Below the pieces are notes generated by a model. That model saw only the letters and a list, made by a program, of their open reading frames with translations, was not told where the DNA came from and did no database searches. DNA of 61,739 bases from Catajapyx aquilonaris (Eukaryota): contig KZ538562.1 in NCBI GenBank assembly GCA_000934665.2, positions 1 through 61,739 on the forward strand, given 5' to 3'. Both the position numbers and the translations under genes were made by a program. This document shows positions 59,869 through 61,739 of the stretch, one piece after another (the stretch's first letter is position 1; every line of letters starts with the position of its first letter).

Positions 59869-60203
59869 AGGGCAGCATAGTGGCCTAGCAGTTTAGCTCT
59901 CAGCCATCTGACCTGTGGTCACAAGTTCAATCCTCATATTGTACAGTGTTTTCTCATATGTAACTAGTTTCCATCAGTTCTGTCTGTGTTCACTTTCTTT
60001 TCACAATTGAAATAATTATCCCTTTATTTTGCGTTTTTCTCTCTGTCCCTTTCCCTTCTACACTCCCCCTCCCCCGTTTTCTCTCCCTCTCATAATCCAA
60101 CACCTTTCAAGTTATGAATGAATTTTGGTGTTTACAAGATGATCCCCTAACAGGCAGCAGGTCTATAGTATATGCCAGGGTATCTAATTATAATAATTAT
60201 TAT
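59869..60203 (+). mobile_element. Old, diverged S1-like SINE
   Basis: tRNA-like head, aagatgatcccctaa..ggggta tail, ATT repeats. Confidence 0.6.
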
Positions 60204-60399
60204 AGCCACATCGACTTTGTCCTGATCATAAGTGCTGCGAGAGTTGCCAACTAGCTCCTTCCAGCAATAACTACCATATCCAACTACATGGGAACATTAT
60301 TCCTCCACTAACTCAAACTGACTGACTCACACTACTCGCAAGGCTACTGCTAGCTCAGGGGCTTTTATGGAGAGGAGAAATAATGTGTGGCAGGAGACA

Positions 60400-60400
60400 T

Positions 60401-60450
<50 letters not shown>

Positions 60451-60713
60451 AATAATAATGGATACCCCGTGATAGGCCTCTTGGGGCCTCTTAGGGGCTC
60501 ATCTTTTCGTGAACAGTCTTTAATAATTGCCTGTGCTGTGATGGATTTTGATTGTGGGAGGAAACGGGAGAACCCTGAGAAAATCCATGCGAACAGAGAG
60601 AGAACCCATCGAAACTCTATCCGCATAGGTATCCTCCGTTCGACCCGGGGATCGAACTCGGGACCTCCGAGGTGGAAGGCTGTGGCGCTAACCACTACTC
60701 CACCATGTCGCTC
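60400..60713 (-). mobile_element. SINE family S1 with tail mutated to (GTT)n
   Basis: Full S1 body on the minus strand, (AAC)n on the plus strand. Confidence 0.9.
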
Positions 60714-61235
60714 ATGCAGCAATCACTCACAAAGATGGAGACGATTTTGCATTGAAGCCAAATGCAAAATTGTCTCCATCATTTTCAGCGATACAGTACT
60801 TCAGGTAAAATAGCACAACCTCATTTCATAAAACTTCTGTGGGAAACTGCAGAAAAAGTTACAGCAACAAGGGCAATGAATGCAGTAAGTGCTGTATGTT
60901 AAGTGGATTGTAAGTTTATATTTAACCAGTCTTGTCTCAGAACATCACTCATTTGAAATTCTAAAATGCATCTTCCAAAGAATACCTCTCAAACATTGAA
61001 AAGAAAACAACACTTGCACTTGAAACTTGAAAACTGTCAGCCTGTATTGCACAAATTATAATATATTCAACATGTTTTCTTCTGGCCATGAAGTTATGCT
61101 CCACACCTGTCTGTATCAGTTATCAATATTATGGCACTGCATTGTAAGTAATTTGTTTGGAATTACAAGGGATGTCAATAAAAAATAAACTGATAAATTA
61201 AGTTGAAAGGAAGCACTTCTTCAGGTCAATGAATT

Positions 61236-61520
61236 GGGAGGCATGGTGGTCTAGTGGCTATGCTACTGGCCAGCCAAGTGGGAGGTCTGGGGCTCAAATC
61301 CCGTCCCCGTCACCTTCGCTTGGTCGGGTCTTTTTCCGCTTTTCACCCGACATGTCCGGGCAGAATTGCACTCCATTCTCTGCCCAGGGCCAAGAGAAAA
61401 GGTCTGGTATTTAAGAGGATCAGAAATGACTACTTATGAGTGCCCTCCCTTGGGAACCTCCCCTTCCCCCTCTAAGAGGGCCCCTGGCCCTATCATAGGG
61501 TATTATAAACAAAACAAAAT
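61236..61520 (+). mobile_element. SINE family S2
   Basis: Homologous to 11941-12223. Confidence 0.88.
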
Positions 61521-61739
61521 ATACGGTACTGGAGCATGAGGTCATGGGCTGAACAGTGTTTTTTTTTACAGGGTTAGACTACCCTCCGGCAATTAAAAAG
61601 AAAGCGTCAATTTGATCTGATATTGGGAATTAACTTTTATAAAAGTAACTGCTTCATAGCAGCTTAGGTTCAGAATTTCCAACTAAACAGGCAATTAATA
61701 AAACACTCTGTATAAGGTTCATGCAAATCCATGCAACCC

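Overview
Eukaryotic, intron-containing genomic DNA, most likely arthropod, judged from the Cnc-type bZIP gene, tRNA-derived SINEs, TTAGG tracts and mariner/piggyBac-type MITEs. I reconstructed three protein-coding genes from GT-AG splice sites and consistent reading-frame phase. (1) A 153-aa uncharacterised, probably mitochondrial helical protein (+, 4177-9480, 3 coding exons). (2) RTEL1 helicase (+, 19446-24386, 4 coding exons, 960 aa). (3) The 3' part of cap'n'collar (CncC/Nrf2 family; -, 13 coding exons from 58798 to 36444, 747 aa), whose 5' exons lie beyond the window. Introns and intergenic DNA are packed with non-autonomous DNA transposons (Tc1/mariner, pogo, hAT, piggyBac, Harbinger types, often palindromic and nested), at least five tRNA-SINE families and two LINE 3' fragments. 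I found no CRISPR, rRNA or prokaryotic system. The most interesting leads are the orphan gene with a plant/fungal-like motif, a diverged copy of a cnc exon, an intronic foldback carrying an inverted duplication of a mariner transposase 5' end, a hAT MITE family whose core is flipped between copies, and SINEs that share or swap 3' tails. Coordinates were counted by hand. TE superfamily calls rest on TIR/TSD signatures only.
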